34,576 nt of DNA from a virus (taxonomy: Duplodnaviria; Caudoviricetes): IMG/VR virus record IMGVR_UViG_3300034682_000127, positions 1-34,576 of that record. One strand, written 5' to 3'. The stretch's first letter is position 1, and each line of letters begins with the position of its first letter. Positions 8,200-18,756 of this stretch are shown one piece after another. Below the pieces are notes generated by a model, which ran no database searches, was not told the origin of the DNA, and saw nothing but the letters and a program-made list of their open reading frames with translations. A program made the position numbers and the translations under genes.

Positions 8200-8520
8200 A
8201 TGGAATTAGCAGAAGTGATCAGAAGGTTACACGGTGTGGTAAAGCCAGATTTTGTTTGGCCTGAAATACCAGCAGGTTGGCAACTGGAGTTCCTAGCTTT
8301 CTCAAACACTGAAGTAGATATGGATTTGCTGCATCCGGTATCAGCAAAGTTCTGGTCTGACGATAATGGCCAATTTGCACCACCAGTTATGCTAAACGGC
8401 AGGAATATAACGGCTACAGCATTGAAAGCTGCAGGAGTGCCATTTATGACACCATGCGGAACGGTGGCCGTCATAGATAAACCAAAACAGCCGCATCTGG
8501 TTGTTGTTGCTGGCGAGTAA
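8200..8520 (+). CDS. Hypothetical protein
   Basis: AGGAG RBS. Fills the gap between the methyltransferase and ogr. Confidence 0.7.
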   Translation: MELAEVIRRLHGVVKPDFVWPEIPAGWQLEFLAFSNTEVDMDLLHPVSAKFWSDDNGQFAPPVMLNGRNITATALKAAGVPFMTPCGTVAVIDKPKQPHLVVVAGE

Positions 8521-8534
8521 AGAGAGGTAAAACT

Positions 8535-8783
8535 ATGCGGATACTATGCCCAACGTGTTCAGCAAAAGCGGTGATCGGGAAAACAGACAGAATCAGTGTT
8601 GCTTACGCAAACCTTTACTGTTCCTGCACTGATCCTGAATGCGGCCACACCTTTGTTAGTACAGTGTCCTATAGCCACACCTTGAGCCCGTCGGCAAAAA
8701 CAGCGACTGAATTAGTATCAGCGCTGTTTAAAGCATTGCCGCCAGACCAACGCAAAAAGCTGCAGCAGGAACTGGCGTTTTAA
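8535..8783 (+). CDS. ogr: Ogr/Delta-like zinc-finger late transcription activator
   Basis: CPTC...YCSCTDPECGHTF...HTLSPS. Convergent with the portal gene. Confidence 0.92.
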   Translation: MRILCPTCSAKAVIGKTDRISVAYANLYCSCTDPECGHTFVSTVSYSHTLSPSAKTATELVSALFKALPPDQRKKLQQELAF

Positions 8784-8799
8784 TGTCAATGACCAGCAT

Positions 8800-9837
8800 T
8801 TAAACCGCCGCCTTTTCCTTTGCTTCCATATCAAAAACCAGCCGTAAACTGGCTGGCACTTCCGGATCACGCGCCACCGCATCAACCATTATTTTAATCA
8901 GCGGCTTGGTTTCACTTTTAAAATAGACTTCATCGTATTTAGTCGGGTCACCAAGGCCAGCTGTGTTAGTTGGGATCATGCCACCCAAACCAGCGGGGAA
9001 GCGGTGTGCGTTAAAAACGTCCTGCGCGCTGACAGACTTCACCTGGCTAAATTCGTCCTTACTTTCAAAGTTGCCCACAGGAATAATCTGAATGCCTTTT
9101 TCTTTGCCGTTGGGGATATTCACAAACAGCGAATTAAAGTTGCCAACGCCTTTGCTGTCTTGAATTTTTTTCGTCAGTTCCACTTCAACAGCTGGATCAA
9201 GGTTTGGGTCAGTGGCGTACAGAATAAAGCCCATGTGGGCGCCGTTAATGTAGTACTTGCGCCGGAACATGGTGGCGTCTTCACTCAGCATGGCCGATTG
9301 CAGGCCGCCAAGGTAATCAGGGCAGCCATAGACCTGTTGCACCGGGTCGTAAATCTGGCACCAGATAATGTCGGATGCTTTATAGCGCTTGATCTGGTTG
9401 TCACGTTCCAGAACTGCACAGCCACCGTCACCCGTTACGCGGCTGCGATAGCTTGGCAGCGGAAAAAGACGGATCACTTTGTTGAAGCCATTCCGGATTT
9501 TTAGCAGTGGCACGTCACCAAACTGGATCAGGTTTAAAAAGGCCGAACCCGTTTGCTGTGCACTCATGCCGCCAGACTGATAACGGGCCGCTGCCATATT
9601 GGCGCGGCTTTGCAAAATGCCGCCGTGCTGGGCATTACGGCGCGGCAGGTTAGCCAGCAAGTGGCGGTCTATAGGTGGCTCCCAGTAGTCGTATGTGTCG
9701 TTAAAATAAAGCGAGTCGTAATCGGTTAACCACATTTTAGGCATCACGGTTTCAGGCATGCTGAAAACCACTGTGGCGGGTTTTTTATCTGCTTCAGCGC
9801 TTTGCTGATCAGTGGTTGTCAGTGCTAAATCGACCAT
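8800..9837 (-). CDS. Portal protein (P2 gpQ-like)
   Basis: [43 protein letters not shown]. Confidence 0.95.
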   Translation of the reverse strand: MVDLALTTTDQQSAEADKKPATVVFSMPETVMPKMWLTDYDSLYFNDTYDYWEPPIDRHLLANLPRRNAQHGGILQSRANMAAARYQSGGMSAQQTGSAFLNLIQFGDVPLLKIRNGFNKVIRLFPLPSYRSRVTGDGGCAVLERDNQIKRYKASDIIWCQIYDPVQQVYGCPDYLGGLQSAMLSEDATMFRRKYYINGAHMGFILYATDPNLDPAVEVELTKKIQDSKGVGNFNSLFVNIPNGKEKGIQIIPVGNFESKDEFSQVKSVSAQDVFNAHRFPAGLGGMIPTNTAGLGDPTKYDEVYFKSETKPLIKIMVDAVARDPEVPASLRLVFDMEAKEKAAV

Positions 9838-11624
9838 GTGGAAGACCTCTTATGCTGATAGTTAATTGGTTCGTTAATGATGGCGTGGCTAAGCGCCCAA
9901 AAGCCGTCGGCGTGGCCCACTTTTTCAGACCGGTCAGCCTTGAATGTCATCATCCCGCCGCCGCCGCTCATGCCGCGTTTAATAGCCATAAAGGCCGCGG
10001 GTAAATCTTTCATATCCTGATCAAGCTGCAGCCGGTTGCCTTCGACTACATCAATCATTTTCATCACCAGGCGGTTTTTGTTTTCGTTGCTGTAGTGAAT
10101 AGCAACCGCTTCGCGGGGGTGCAGGGTGTGAATAATGTCCCAAACGCCAGCGCCAATACCTGTGGTGTCCACTCCCAGGTAAGTGACGTTATAGCGTTTA
10201 AACACTTTTTCTATTTCGTTAACGTGATGCTGAAAGTTCAGGCCGCGCCAGTAGTGCCGTTCAAGGCAGCGGAATTTCTCAATGGCGACAATGGGAGGCG
10301 CAACAACCACTAAACAAGCGTTGTCGCGGGTACGGGACGGATCATAACCCAGCCACACTTCACGATTGCCAAAGGGCCGCGCTTCGCCTGGCTTAAAGTC
10401 CTGCCATTTAGTGGCATCAATCATCAGCTTAGACAGCGCATCAAACTTGAACACAGATGCGCTATCGTCAACGAATACGCACAAGTAAAGGTTGGCGTAA
10501 ACCTCTGGGCTGTATTCCTCTTTGAGTTCTGCCGGGTCAATCAGATGGCAACCCATAGCAACAGCGGTTTCAACATCAATGATGTAGCGCCATTGCTTAT
10601 CCGGACAAACGCGGCCGCCGTCTTTTAATTCTGCATCGGTAGGGAAATCAATAAATTCGCGGGTTTTGTTATCGCCTTTCCAATCGTCACCTGTCCAGAA
10701 CGGGTAAGCGGGGTGGTTCTTCGCGCTGGGTGTTGAAAAGTAAGTTTTGTGAAAACGGGTTTGAGTGGCACAAGCCGTAACAACAGCGCTGACCTTTTTA
10801 AAGTCTTTGATCCAGAAGTATTCGTCCACATACACGTTACCTGAACGGGACTGTGCAGAGCTTGCGCTGGTGGCCAAAAAGTGAAGTTCAGCACCGTTGC
10901 TTAAAACAATCGGGTTGCCTTTGAGCTCAATCTCAAAGAATTCCCATGCTGTTTTTACAATGTAAGAGCGGAATACTTCAGCCTGGGCGCGTGTTGCAGA
11001 GATAAAAATCTGATTTTCGCCAGTAAGTACTGCATCTTCAAACGCTTCACCAGCACAGCCGTAGGTAAAACCGATTTGGCGCGACTTCAACACATTACGT
11101 GTTCGTGGTTTGTTGGGGTCGTTTTTCACTTCCCGCATTAGCTTTTGATAATCAAATAAGCTGTCGACCCAGGTTTCAAAATCTTCGGGTGTCAGCTGGC
11201 TTATGTCGTTTTTCTTCTTGCTACCGCCTTTGCCTTTACCATTGCCTTTACTGGATGGACTACCATCAGCGGCAGGGGACTTGCTGCTTTGCTCTGCGTG
11301 GGTTTCGCTGCTTGCTTCCGCTGCTGCCTTACGCTCTGCATCAACACGTTGCTTTTTAAGTCGCACATGCTGGTTAATGAGCATTTCCAGTTCTTTGATC
11401 TGGTTATTTGACTTGTCCGGTACATCGACCAGAATAGCTATCCGGCGTGCAATAGCGTCGTCGACTTCTTCTTCGCGCAGCAGGTCGCGCCAGCTGTGTT
11501 TATCGGCCCAGTAATAGATTATCCGGTTGTTGGGTAAGCCCAGGTCGTCGCGTATTTCGTCAGGCGTCCAGCGCTTTAAATAAAGACGTTTTGCGGCTTC
11601 GCGGATTTCGGGAGAGTAGGCCAT
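9825..11624 (-). CDS. Terminase large (ATPase) subunit (P2 gpP-like)
   Basis: LKSRQIGFT Walker A, VYVDEYFW Walker B, FSTPS, GYDPSR, HADGFWA. Confidence 0.95.
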   Translation of the reverse strand: MAYSPEIREAAKRLYLKRWTPDEIRDDLGLPNNRIIYYWADKHSWRDLLREEEVDDAIARRIAILVDVPDKSNNQIKELEMLINQHVRLKKQRVDAERKAAAEASSETHAEQSSKSPAADGSPSSKGNGKGKGGSKKKNDISQLTPEDFETWVDSLFDYQKLMREVKNDPNKPRTRNVLKSRQIGFTYGCAGEAFEDAVLTGENQIFISATRAQAEVFRSYIVKTAWEFFEIELKGNPIVLSNGAELHFLATSASSAQSRSGNVYVDEYFWIKDFKKVSAVVTACATQTRFHKTYFSTPSAKNHPAYPFWTGDDWKGDNKTREFIDFPTDAELKDGGRVCPDKQWRYIIDVETAVAMGCHLIDPAELKEEYSPEVYANLYLCVFVDDSASVFKFDALSKLMIDATKWQDFKPGEARPFGNREVWLGYDPSRTRDNACLVVVAPPIVAIEKFRCLERHYWRGLNFQHHVNEIEKVFKRYNVTYLGVDTTGIGAGVWDIIHTLHPREAVAIHYSNENKNRLVMKMIDVVEGNRLQLDQDMKDLPAAFMAIKRGMSGGGGMMTFKADRSEKVGHADGFWALSHAIINEPINYQHKRSSTWSI

Positions 11625-11711
11625 AAATGCGGTGCGGTTGCCCGGTTAACTATCACAATATCCTCAGTGTATTGTCTCGCTGCCAAGCATTAACTAACTA
11701 ATTTTCTTAGG

Positions 11712-11738
11712 AATTCCGTTTTATCAAAAATCGGAATT
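11712..11738. promoter_or_regulatory. Inverted repeat in the divergent late promoter region (candidate activator site)
   Basis: AATTCCG-N13-CGGAATT between the divergent terminase and scaffold genes. Confidence 0.5.
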
Positions 11739-11824
11739 GCACAGAATAAAGCCCCGTGATTAACCATTTACAACTGCTTAAGCTGTCTGCATTAACGCAT
11801 ATTTTCACAGCAAAGAGCGGACAA

Positions 11825-12712
11825 ATGCCAAAACAAACTGGATGGGTAATAGCAGCAACAGCAGGCGCAACAGTCGATAAGCGAGTTATTTCCGAACAGT
11901 GGATTAAAGATATGGCTGAGCAGTATTCAAAAGAAGAGTACACAGCCATGATTTGGCCAGAGCATTCACGCTCTGATTGGGCGAAGTATCAAGGTAAAAA
12001 CTGGGGCGAAGTAGACGAAGTAAAAGCCGCAGTTAAAGGCGGAAAGTGGCGCCTTTTTGTGAAGATAACAGCCAATGATTACCTGCTTAAAGAAAACAAA
12101 GACGGCCAGAAACTGTTTATGTCTATTGAGCCGGAGCCAGACTATTACACAGGTAAATGCTATCTGTTAGGGCTTGCCGTAACAGACTCACCAGCTTCAA
12201 CCGGCACAACACGCCTTCAGTTCTCAATGGGTGAAAAAAAGATAGATCACGAAGTAAGTGATTTAGAAGAGCTGCTTTTATCCGATTTCATCAAAGACCA
12301 ATCCGAACCAACCGACCAAAACTACCAAGCCAAGGAAAAGGGCCTGTTTGCCGTTATTACCAACTATTTAAAAACATTCAACACGCCTGCACCGGCAACA
12401 GTCACCACCGAGGAAGAACCGATGAACGAAAAACAATTTGAAGCCCTGATGGGCAAGGTAGGCGGCATTGAAGCGAAAGTTTCAGAGCTGGAAACCAAAT
12501 TTAGTAAAGCACCGGAAGGTGACAAGCCAGCAGATAAACCAGCTGACACCATCACCATCAGCCAGGAACAGTTCAACAAGCTGAACGAAAGCCTTACAGG
12601 TCTGGTGCAAAAAGTAGAAGGGCTTGAAACCAAGTTCACAAAAATGAGCGCTGAAGTGCCAGGCCAAGAGCCAGACAAAGCAGGTGCTGGCGAATCGTTC
12701 ACCGTCGTTTAA
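11825..12712 (+). CDS. Capsid scaffolding protein/protease (gpO-like)
   Basis: IAATAGATVDKR, IWPEH, LFMSIE, GLAVTDSPASTGT. Start reassigned to ATG 11825. Confidence 0.92.
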   Translation: MPKQTGWVIAATAGATVDKRVISEQWIKDMAEQYSKEEYTAMIWPEHSRSDWAKYQGKNWGEVDEVKAAVKGGKWRLFVKITANDYLLKENKDGQKLFMSIEPEPDYYTGKCYLLGLAVTDSPASTGTTRLQFSMGEKKIDHEVSDLEELLLSDFIKDQSEPTDQNYQAKEKGLFAVITNYLKTFNTPAPATVTTEEEPMNEKQFEALMGKVGGIEAKVSELETKFSKAPEGDKPADKPADTITISQEQFNKLNESLTGLVQKVEGLETKFTKMSAEVPGQEPDKAGAGESFTVV

Positions 12713-12765
12713 TCGCTGCCAGTCAGCACTTAAACCTTAGTCAAAATTAGCAGCGAGAATAAAAG

Positions 12766-13794
12766 ATGAACTTAACAACAATTGCATTGAGCTGTTTGCT
12801 GGCGTACAGCCAGAACATGGCAAAGGGCTATCAAACAGCAGACGTTAGCAAACAGTTTGCAGTCACTGGCCCAATGGAAACAAAACTACGTGCTGCCATT
12901 CTGGATTCAGTGGAGTTTTTACGACTGATCACAGCAATGCCAGTTGACCAAATCACAGGCCAAGTAGTGAACGTGGGCAATAACACTATTGCAACCGGCC
13001 GTCACGCCACACAGCGCTTTACGTCGGGTCAGTCTCAGGACGGCCACACGTACAACCTGAAAGAAACCGACTCTTGCGCCTATGTTACATGGGCAACACT
13101 GGCCACCTGGGCGAACGCTGGTAGCGAGCGCGAATTCATGCAGCTTATGTCACAAAACGCTACTCAGCGCTTTGCTTTGGATATTTTGCGTGTGGGCTTT
13201 AACGGCACATCAGTGGCAGCAACCACTGATCCAGTTGCCAACCCATTGGGTCAGGACGTGAACAAAGGCTGGCATCAACTGGTAAAAGAAAATGCGCCGG
13301 ATCAGGTAATGACCGACGAAATCTACTTTAACCCGGACGCAACAGGTGACCTGAAGGACGGCGAATATAAAACGCTGGATGCCATCGTCACAGAAATCCG
13401 CTTAACGCTGATCCCTGAACAGTTGCGGAACGACCCGCGTCTTGTCGTGCTGGTGGGCAGCGACTTAATTGCAGCCGCACAAATCAAGCTGATGAATCAG
13501 GCAGACAAACCAACAGAGCGCGTGGCCGCACAAATGATGGACAAATCCATCGGTGGTTTACGTGCCTATACGCCGCCGTTTTTTCCAGGCAAACGCATTG
13601 TTGTAACCATGCTTTCAAACCTGCATGTGTACACACAAAAAGGCACCAGTTCGCGCAAATCTGAAAACGTGGAAGACCGCAAACGCTGGGAAGACAAATA
13701 CTGGCGCTATGAAGGCTATGCAGTTGAAGAGTATCTGGCCTATGGCGCAGTGGATGAAGCTGCCATGAACATTGGCCCAGCTCCGGCACCTTAA
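12766..13794 (+). CDS. Major capsid protein (gpN-like)
   Basis: ALDILRVGFNGTSVAATTDP..NPLGQDVNKGW, PPFFP, YEGYAVE. Confidence 0.95.
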   Translation: MNLTTIALSCLLAYSQNMAKGYQTADVSKQFAVTGPMETKLRAAILDSVEFLRLITAMPVDQITGQVVNVGNNTIATGRHATQRFTSGQSQDGHTYNLKETDSCAYVTWATLATWANAGSEREFMQLMSQNATQRFALDILRVGFNGTSVAATTDPVANPLGQDVNKGWHQLVKENAPDQVMTDEIYFNPDATGDLKDGEYKTLDAIVTEIRLTLIPEQLRNDPRLVVLVGSDLIAAAQIKLMNQADKPTERVAAQMMDKSIGGLRAYTPPFFPGKRIVVTMLSNLHVYTQKGTSSRKSENVEDRKRWEDKYWRYEGYAVEEYLAYGAVDEAAMNIGPAPAP

Positions 13795-13877
13795 GCCATA
13801 ACCAGCCAGGCACTGATTGGGTGCCTGGTTATTCATCCACATGATTTTAGTAAACCGAAGAACAGCAGGAAAAAGCC

Positions 13878-14627
13878 ATGGGTGCAATTGCCAATTATCA
13901 AAAACGACGTGCTGCAGAACGCGCACTGAAAGCCAATTTTGCAGAAGCAAAAGAGCAGGTCATCAACAGCAAAGCGCCTGAAAACGAAGCTCTGGCCCTG
14001 CTGGCTTCTTTGCTAGGTGTTGAACAGGAAAAAGCCATTGAAGCCGCCAGTAAATTTGGTGGTGAAGAATGCCTGATCATCAGCCAGGCCGACGCATTGG
14101 CGTTACAAAGAGAAGTAGACGACGCACAAAATAAATCATACGAACTGCTGGAACTGCTGGCCAAGCTGCTGGCATGCGAAGAAGAAAACGCCGTTGAACA
14201 GGCAAAAGAGCTTGTCGAAAAAGGTGCCTACATTGCCGGGTTAACTGAAGAGCAGTTAGACAAAGTGCAGCATCAAATCGGCGTCGACTTAGCCAGTGGT
14301 GAAGACAAAGCCGTAATTGTCAATGTAAAAGGCGGCCAAATCGAAAGCATTACCGAACTGGCCAAGCAAACAGCCACTGATCTGGAACAAAGCGCCGGTG
14401 CAGTGGAAGGCGCAGCAGATGCCGTAACGGGTGCCGCTGAACAAGTGGGTAGCGCAGCTGCTGATCTGGAAGACACAGCCAGCCAGTTGGCCTATACGGC
14501 TGACAGCATTGGTCAAGCTACTGCCGAACTGCAAGAAGCGACTGCCGAATTAAAAAAGCCGTTGGCGGTGCAAGAATCCTTGCCTGGAAAAACAGCCGAC
14601 AAGCCGAAAAACAACTCGAAAAAGTAA
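13878..14627 (+). CDS. Acidic Ala/Glu-rich helical protein; probable N-terminal part of a frameshifted small terminase
   Basis: AGGA RBS, 249 codons. In-frame slippery heptamer A_AAA_AAG at 14552-14558. Confidence 0.75.
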   Translation: MGAIANYQKRRAAERALKANFAEAKEQVINSKAPENEALALLASLLGVEQEKAIEAASKFGGEECLIISQADALALQREVDDAQNKSYELLELLAKLLACEEENAVEQAKELVEKGAYIAGLTEEQLDKVQHQIGVDLASGEDKAVIVNVKGGQIESITELAKQTATDLEQSAGAVEGAADAVTGAAEQVGSAAADLEDTASQLAYTADSIGQATAELQEATAELKKPLAVQESLPGKTADKPKNNSKK

Positions 14628-15316
14628 GGCTAACCGGTAACGCGGAACACGCGCCGAGCCTGCACCTACAGCTGATAGAGCTGGAAGCAGACTTAAAACG
14701 CCTGAAAGCCTTTGAACGCAGGGCCGACAAAATAGCCCACAAACGCGACGTATTGCTACCGAAGTGGCTGCCAATAGTGGACGCCTACTTAACTGAACGG
14801 AAGGAAAAGAGTAATGAAAAAACGCTTAACGACCATCCTATTTTCGCTTATTGCACTGTCTGGCTGTTTGACACCGGCAACCTGTGCCGAGCTCTTGAGT
14901 TCGCCTTCACTGCAATCGAAGTCGGCCAGCCAATGGCCGGAGAAATTCGCCGCAAATGGCCAGGATTTATTGCAGACACCGTCTTTGACTGGGCAGAGCT
15001 GCAAGCAGAGCAAGGCAACAGCATTGAGCCTTACTTCGGCACCGTGTTTAAGCGCGTTATTAACGACTGGAAACTACCAGAACCCGTTACCGCAAAGTTT
15101 TACAAATTCGCGGGGCTGGCGTTACTACGCGCCAAAAATGGCGAAATTGCCCCGAGCCACGTTGGCGACATTGAACGCCTTAAACAGGCCGATCAGCTTT
15201 TAGAAAAAGCCGCCAACCTGCACAAGCACGCGCAGGTAAAAACGGTAAGAAACAAAATTGCAATGCGGATCAGGGCTATTGAAGAACTGACCAGCCAGGG
15301 CAAAAGCCCAGAATAA
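14558..15316 (+). CDS. Terminase small (endonuclease) subunit, gpM-like domain in the -1 frame
   Basis: Frame is open from the slippery site: AVGGARILAW...SLHLQLIELEADLKRLK...KIAHKRDVLLPKW...VWLFDTG...AKFYKFAG. No ATG/GTG/TTG before 14753. Confidence 0.85.
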   Translation, partial: AVGGARILAWKNSRQAEKQLEKVRLTGNAEHAPSLHLQLIELEADLKRLKAFERRADKIAHKRDVLLPKWLPIVDAYLTERKEKSNEKTLNDHPIFAYCTVWLFDTGNLCRALEFAFTAIEVGQPMAGEIRRKWPGFIADTVFDWAELQAEQGNSIEPYFGTVFKRVINDWKLPEPVTAKFYKFAGLALLRAKNGEIAPSHVGDIERLKQADQLLEKAANLHKHAQVKTVRNKIAMRIRAIEELTSQGKSPE

Positions 15317-15507
15317 AACGCAAAGGATTTGCTGCAGTGTAGTTAGTGCCGTCTATCCGGTACCAACACAGAAAATGCAGCGGGAATGACTCCCAACCCT
15401 CCAGTGCACTAGCGGAGTGTTTAGCAGGCGACTGTTAAAACCACTGTGAAGCTAACTGCACTGAACCTAATTCAACAAGTGAACGAGCAGGCAGAGCGGG
15501 TAAACAT

Positions 15508-15969
15508 ATGAGCGGTTTCGGGTATCAATCACCAGCACAACAAAGCATCGTCATAGATGCCAATAGCGGCTGGCCGGAACTGTCAACGGCTGATTTTCGC
15601 AAGTTACGCCGTATACCTGAAATTTTTGAAGAGGCAGCACTTGCCGACTCACTCAACAAAAGCGTGGCTGAAATTCAGCAGCAACTGATCGGTTTTGCAC
15701 TACAGGCAAGCAATGACACGGACGTCCCTTTTACCCTGGGCGAAGGCTTAGCACCTAATTTTAGTGTGCAGCAAATTAGCATTTACCGGGGCGCTGTGTA
15801 TGCACGTTCCCACGCCGATTTGCTGGGTTATTTTTCTGCTGTCGACCAAAAAGAGGCAGGAAACAACAAGGCACAAGATGCCACGCAGCAGGACGCAATA
15901 CTTGCCCAGTCCAACCGTTCAGTGCGTTTACTGCTGGGCCTTGGCCGTGTCGGGGTGCATTCGCTATGA
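15508..15969 (+). CDS. Head completion/stabilisation protein (gpL-like)
   Basis: GWPELSTADFRKLRRIP, YRGAVYARSHADLL; synteny. Confidence 0.88.
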   Translation: MSGFGYQSPAQQSIVIDANSGWPELSTADFRKLRRIPEIFEEAALADSLNKSVAEIQQQLIGFALQASNDTDVPFTLGEGLAPNFSVQQISIYRGAVYARSHADLLGYFSAVDQKEAGNNKAQDATQQDAILAQSNRSVRLLLGLGRVGVHSL

Positions 15970-16454
15970 GTCAAACCGTCTCACAATTACAGCAAGTTAC
16001 CGACTTTCTACTGGCCAGCCTGCAGCCTTACGTTACCGCAAACACCATAGACGCTTGGCAGGAGGGCGGCAGCCTGATCTTAAGTGGCGAAGACCTTGGC
16101 ACCGACGGTTACCAGGTTGCGAAGTGGAAACACCGCGCCACCATCGCCTTTGAAAAATTCCCACACCACCGGGTCAATCCTTACAACCTGCTGGCCATGC
16201 TGGCGGCGTTTTTAATCGATAGCGAATGGCCGCGTGATGAATACAACTTAAGTGATCCAGAGCTAGACATAGACGTCGTAAGCCGCGACAACGCCACTGT
16301 GCTGGTAGAGCTGGAACTGATGGACGATATCGACCTGATCCCGGACGCAGCAGGGCCAGTTTTGTTTAACGGCCAACGCTACCGCGTGGCATTAGTGCCT
16401 GTGAACGTAGCCGAAGACGTCGACGTGCAAACACAGCCAGGCGGTGCGTCATGA
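15966..16454 (+). CDS. Tail completion protein (gpR-like)
   Basis: Synteny with HP1/K139-type phages, size, IAFEKFP motif. Confidence 0.7.
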   Translation: MSQTVSQLQQVTDFLLASLQPYVTANTIDAWQEGGSLILSGEDLGTDGYQVAKWKHRATIAFEKFPHHRVNPYNLLAMLAAFLIDSEWPRDEYNLSDPELDIDVVSRDNATVLVELELMDDIDLIPDAAGPVLFNGQRYRVALVPVNVAEDVDVQTQPGGAS

Positions 16455-17110
16455 GCCTGATCATCAAGCCAAACAAGCAACAGGCTTTAAATGTCAGCAT
16501 GCAATTAGCGCTGCTAAGAATGCCAGCCAACAAGCGCACCAGAGTTTTAAAAACACTGGGCCGTTACGAAAAAGCCTTAGCCCGTAAACGCATTAACACT
16601 CAGACAACAGTGGAAGGCGGCCCGTTTAAAGCCAGAGCAAACGGCAAAAAAGGCCGCATGCTGAAGAAATTAGCAAAGACATTGGAGCCATTTGTAAAAG
16701 CCGGTCATTTGCTGGAACTAAAGCACAAGCAAGCATCGGTGGGTCGTGTTGCCGCACTACATCAGGACGGTGGCCGAGAAAAAATGACAGCCACCCGCAT
16801 GGCACGGATCCACAGCAAAACAAACTACGACGCCCCATGCAGCAGAGGCGCAGCCAAAGCCTTAGTGGCCGAAGGCTACAAAGTGAGAAAAGCCAAAAGC
16901 AAGCGCTACCGCAAGGCCACCATCAATGAAGTGATGGAGTCCATGAACCAAGGGCAGGCCTCGCTGATCTTGCGCATTATGCGCGACAAACCAAACAAGA
17001 AAAGCTGGGATATCCCAGTAGATGGCCGTCCGTTCCTTGGCGACACCACGCCAAACGTACAGCGCCAGTTAGTCAGCATCATTGAAAAAATTAACCAGAA
17101 AAGGGGCTAA
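16451..17110 (+). CDS. Virion morphogenesis protein (gpS-like)
   Basis: Basic protein; VAALHQDG and C-terminal RPFLG. Confidence 0.8.
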   Translation: MSLIIKPNKQQALNVSMQLALLRMPANKRTRVLKTLGRYEKALARKRINTQTTVEGGPFKARANGKKGRMLKKLAKTLEPFVKAGHLLELKHKQASVGRVAALHQDGGREKMTATRMARIHSKTNYDAPCSRGAAKALVAEGYKVRKAKSKRYRKATINEVMESMNQGQASLILRIMRDKPNKKSWDIPVDGRPFLGDTTPNVQRQLVSIIEKINQKRG

Positions 17111-17112
17111 AA

Positions 17113-18219
17113 ATGTCACTAGGTAAAGTACAGGTAAATAATCTCAATCAAGGCCAGGGTGACATTCAAGCCATTGAGCGCCACTTTTTATTTATCGGCC
17201 GCGCAGGCGATGCCGACGAAGAAAGCCAACTGTTTAGCGTAGGCGCACAGACGGATCTGGTAGAGAATTTTGCCGCCAGCAACCTGCGAACCCAGCTTAT
17301 TGCCGCACAGTTAAACGCTGGTCAAAACTGGACAGCAGCAGTCTACCCACTGGCAGCAGATGAAGACATTTACGACGCAATCACCGCAGCAAACGAAGTG
17401 CAAAGCTTTGAAATTGTGGTGTTCTGCGACATCAGCACAGAAGCTGTGGCCATTACAGCCAAACATGACTATTTGCAAAGCTTGCAAGCCTCACTGGGTC
17501 GCTTCGTATCGGGCATCGTTGCTATAGCTGGCATTAACCCAGCAAACCAAACATGGAGCCAGTACGAAACTGCACTGGCTGCACTGCAAAACGGCATTGC
17601 CGCTCATTTGCTGCTACCAGTACCACAACTGCATGGCAACAACGTCGGCGTGTTGGCTGGCCGTCTGTGTAACCGTGCTGTCAGTATTGCCGACAGTCCA
17701 ATGCGTGTGGCCACAGGTGCAGTGCTTGGCTTAGGCGCTGCACCTGCAGACAGTGCAGAAAAACCACTGACACTGGCCACACTGGAAACGCTGGCGAATA
17801 ACCGTTACAGCGTGCCGCAGTGGTATCCGGATTTAGAAGGCGTGTACTGGAGCGACGGCACCACATTAGACGCAAACGGCGGCGACTACCAATACATAGA
17901 ACACCTGCGCCCGGTGCATAAAGCCAGCCGCGAAGTACGCATTTTGGCGATCCGCCGCATTGCCAACCGTTCGCTGAACTCTACACCAGCCAGCATCGAA
18001 CTGAATAAAGCCTACTTTATGAAGCCACTGCGCAACATGAGCAAAAGCACCGTGATTTTAGGCACCCAGTTCCCAGGCGATATTCAGCCGCCGTTAGAAG
18101 GTGATGTAACCATTGTCTGGACCAGCAACAAGGCAGTGACCATTTATCTGATCATCCGGCCGTACAACTCGCCGAAAGAAATCACAGTAAACATCCTGCT
18201 TGATTTAAGCAGCAACTAA
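17113..18219 (+). CDS. Tail sheath protein (HP1-type, DUF2586-like)
   Basis: VQVNNLNQGQG, IERHFLFIG, SIADSPMRVATG, VPQWYPD, GGDYQYIE. Confidence 0.9.
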   Translation: MSLGKVQVNNLNQGQGDIQAIERHFLFIGRAGDADEESQLFSVGAQTDLVENFAASNLRTQLIAAQLNAGQNWTAAVYPLAADEDIYDAITAANEVQSFEIVVFCDISTEAVAITAKHDYLQSLQASLGRFVSGIVAIAGINPANQTWSQYETALAALQNGIAAHLLLPVPQLHGNNVGVLAGRLCNRAVSIADSPMRVATGAVLGLGAAPADSAEKPLTLATLETLANNRYSVPQWYPDLEGVYWSDGTTLDANGGDYQYIEHLRPVHKASREVRILAIRRIANRSLNSTPASIELNKAYFMKPLRNMSKSTVILGTQFPGDIQPPLEGDVTIVWTSNKAVTIYLIIRPYNSPKEITVNILLDLSSN

Positions 18220-18232
18220 CGGAGCCGGCACC

Positions 18233-18682
18233 ATGCGTATTTCTGGAATGAATTTCACCGTAACTATGGGTGACATTAAGGTAACAGTTGACACAGCAAC
18301 TCTGGCAATAACGGACAACAGCGGAGTAAGCCAAAGCGGAGGCGTGCCAGATGGTTGGGTCGATGGAGACGTTGCGGCCAGCGGTGAGATGAACGTCAAC
18401 GCGAGCAATTTTACTCTGATCTCCGATGCAGCAAAGTCGGCAGGTGCATGGCGCGCTATGGAGACGTTCGACATCATGTTTTATGCGAAAACAGCCAAAG
18501 ACGAAATAAAAGTGGAAGCTTTCGGCTGCCGCATCAAGCTATCGGACATTTTGGACATCGACAAAAAAGGCGGCCAAGCCAGCCTTTTCAAAATCCCGTT
18601 TGACGTCACCAGCCCCGACTTTGTGCATATCAACGGTGTGCCATACCTGCGGCCGGAAGAAATCGAAGACATTAAACAGTAA
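18233..18682 (+). CDS. Tail tube protein (DUF2597-like)
   Basis: MRISGMNF, GVPDGWVDGDV, VEAFGC, VTSPDFVHINGVPYL. Confidence 0.88.
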   Translation: MRISGMNFTVTMGDIKVTVDTATLAITDNSGVSQSGGVPDGWVDGDVAASGEMNVNASNFTLISDAAKSAGAWRAMETFDIMFYAKTAKDEIKVEAFGCRIKLSDILDIDKKGGQASLFKIPFDVTSPDFVHINGVPYLRPEEIEDIKQ

Positions 18683-18756
18683 AGCTGCAGCACAGTCAGT
18701 TTTGACTGTGCCAGCTGTGGCAAACGTGAAACACCAGGCGAATAAGGCAACGGCAA

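Noticed and set aside
9004-9504. 166-aa plus-strand ORF and other antisense ORFs (e.g. 19175-19705, 21266-21925, 32521-32991)
   Set aside because: They are shadows of well-supported genes on the opposite strand, with no motifs or RBS.
14753-15316. Small terminase starting at TTG 14753 as in the ORF track
   Set aside because: This start would cut off the conserved N-terminal gpM segment and has no clear RBS.
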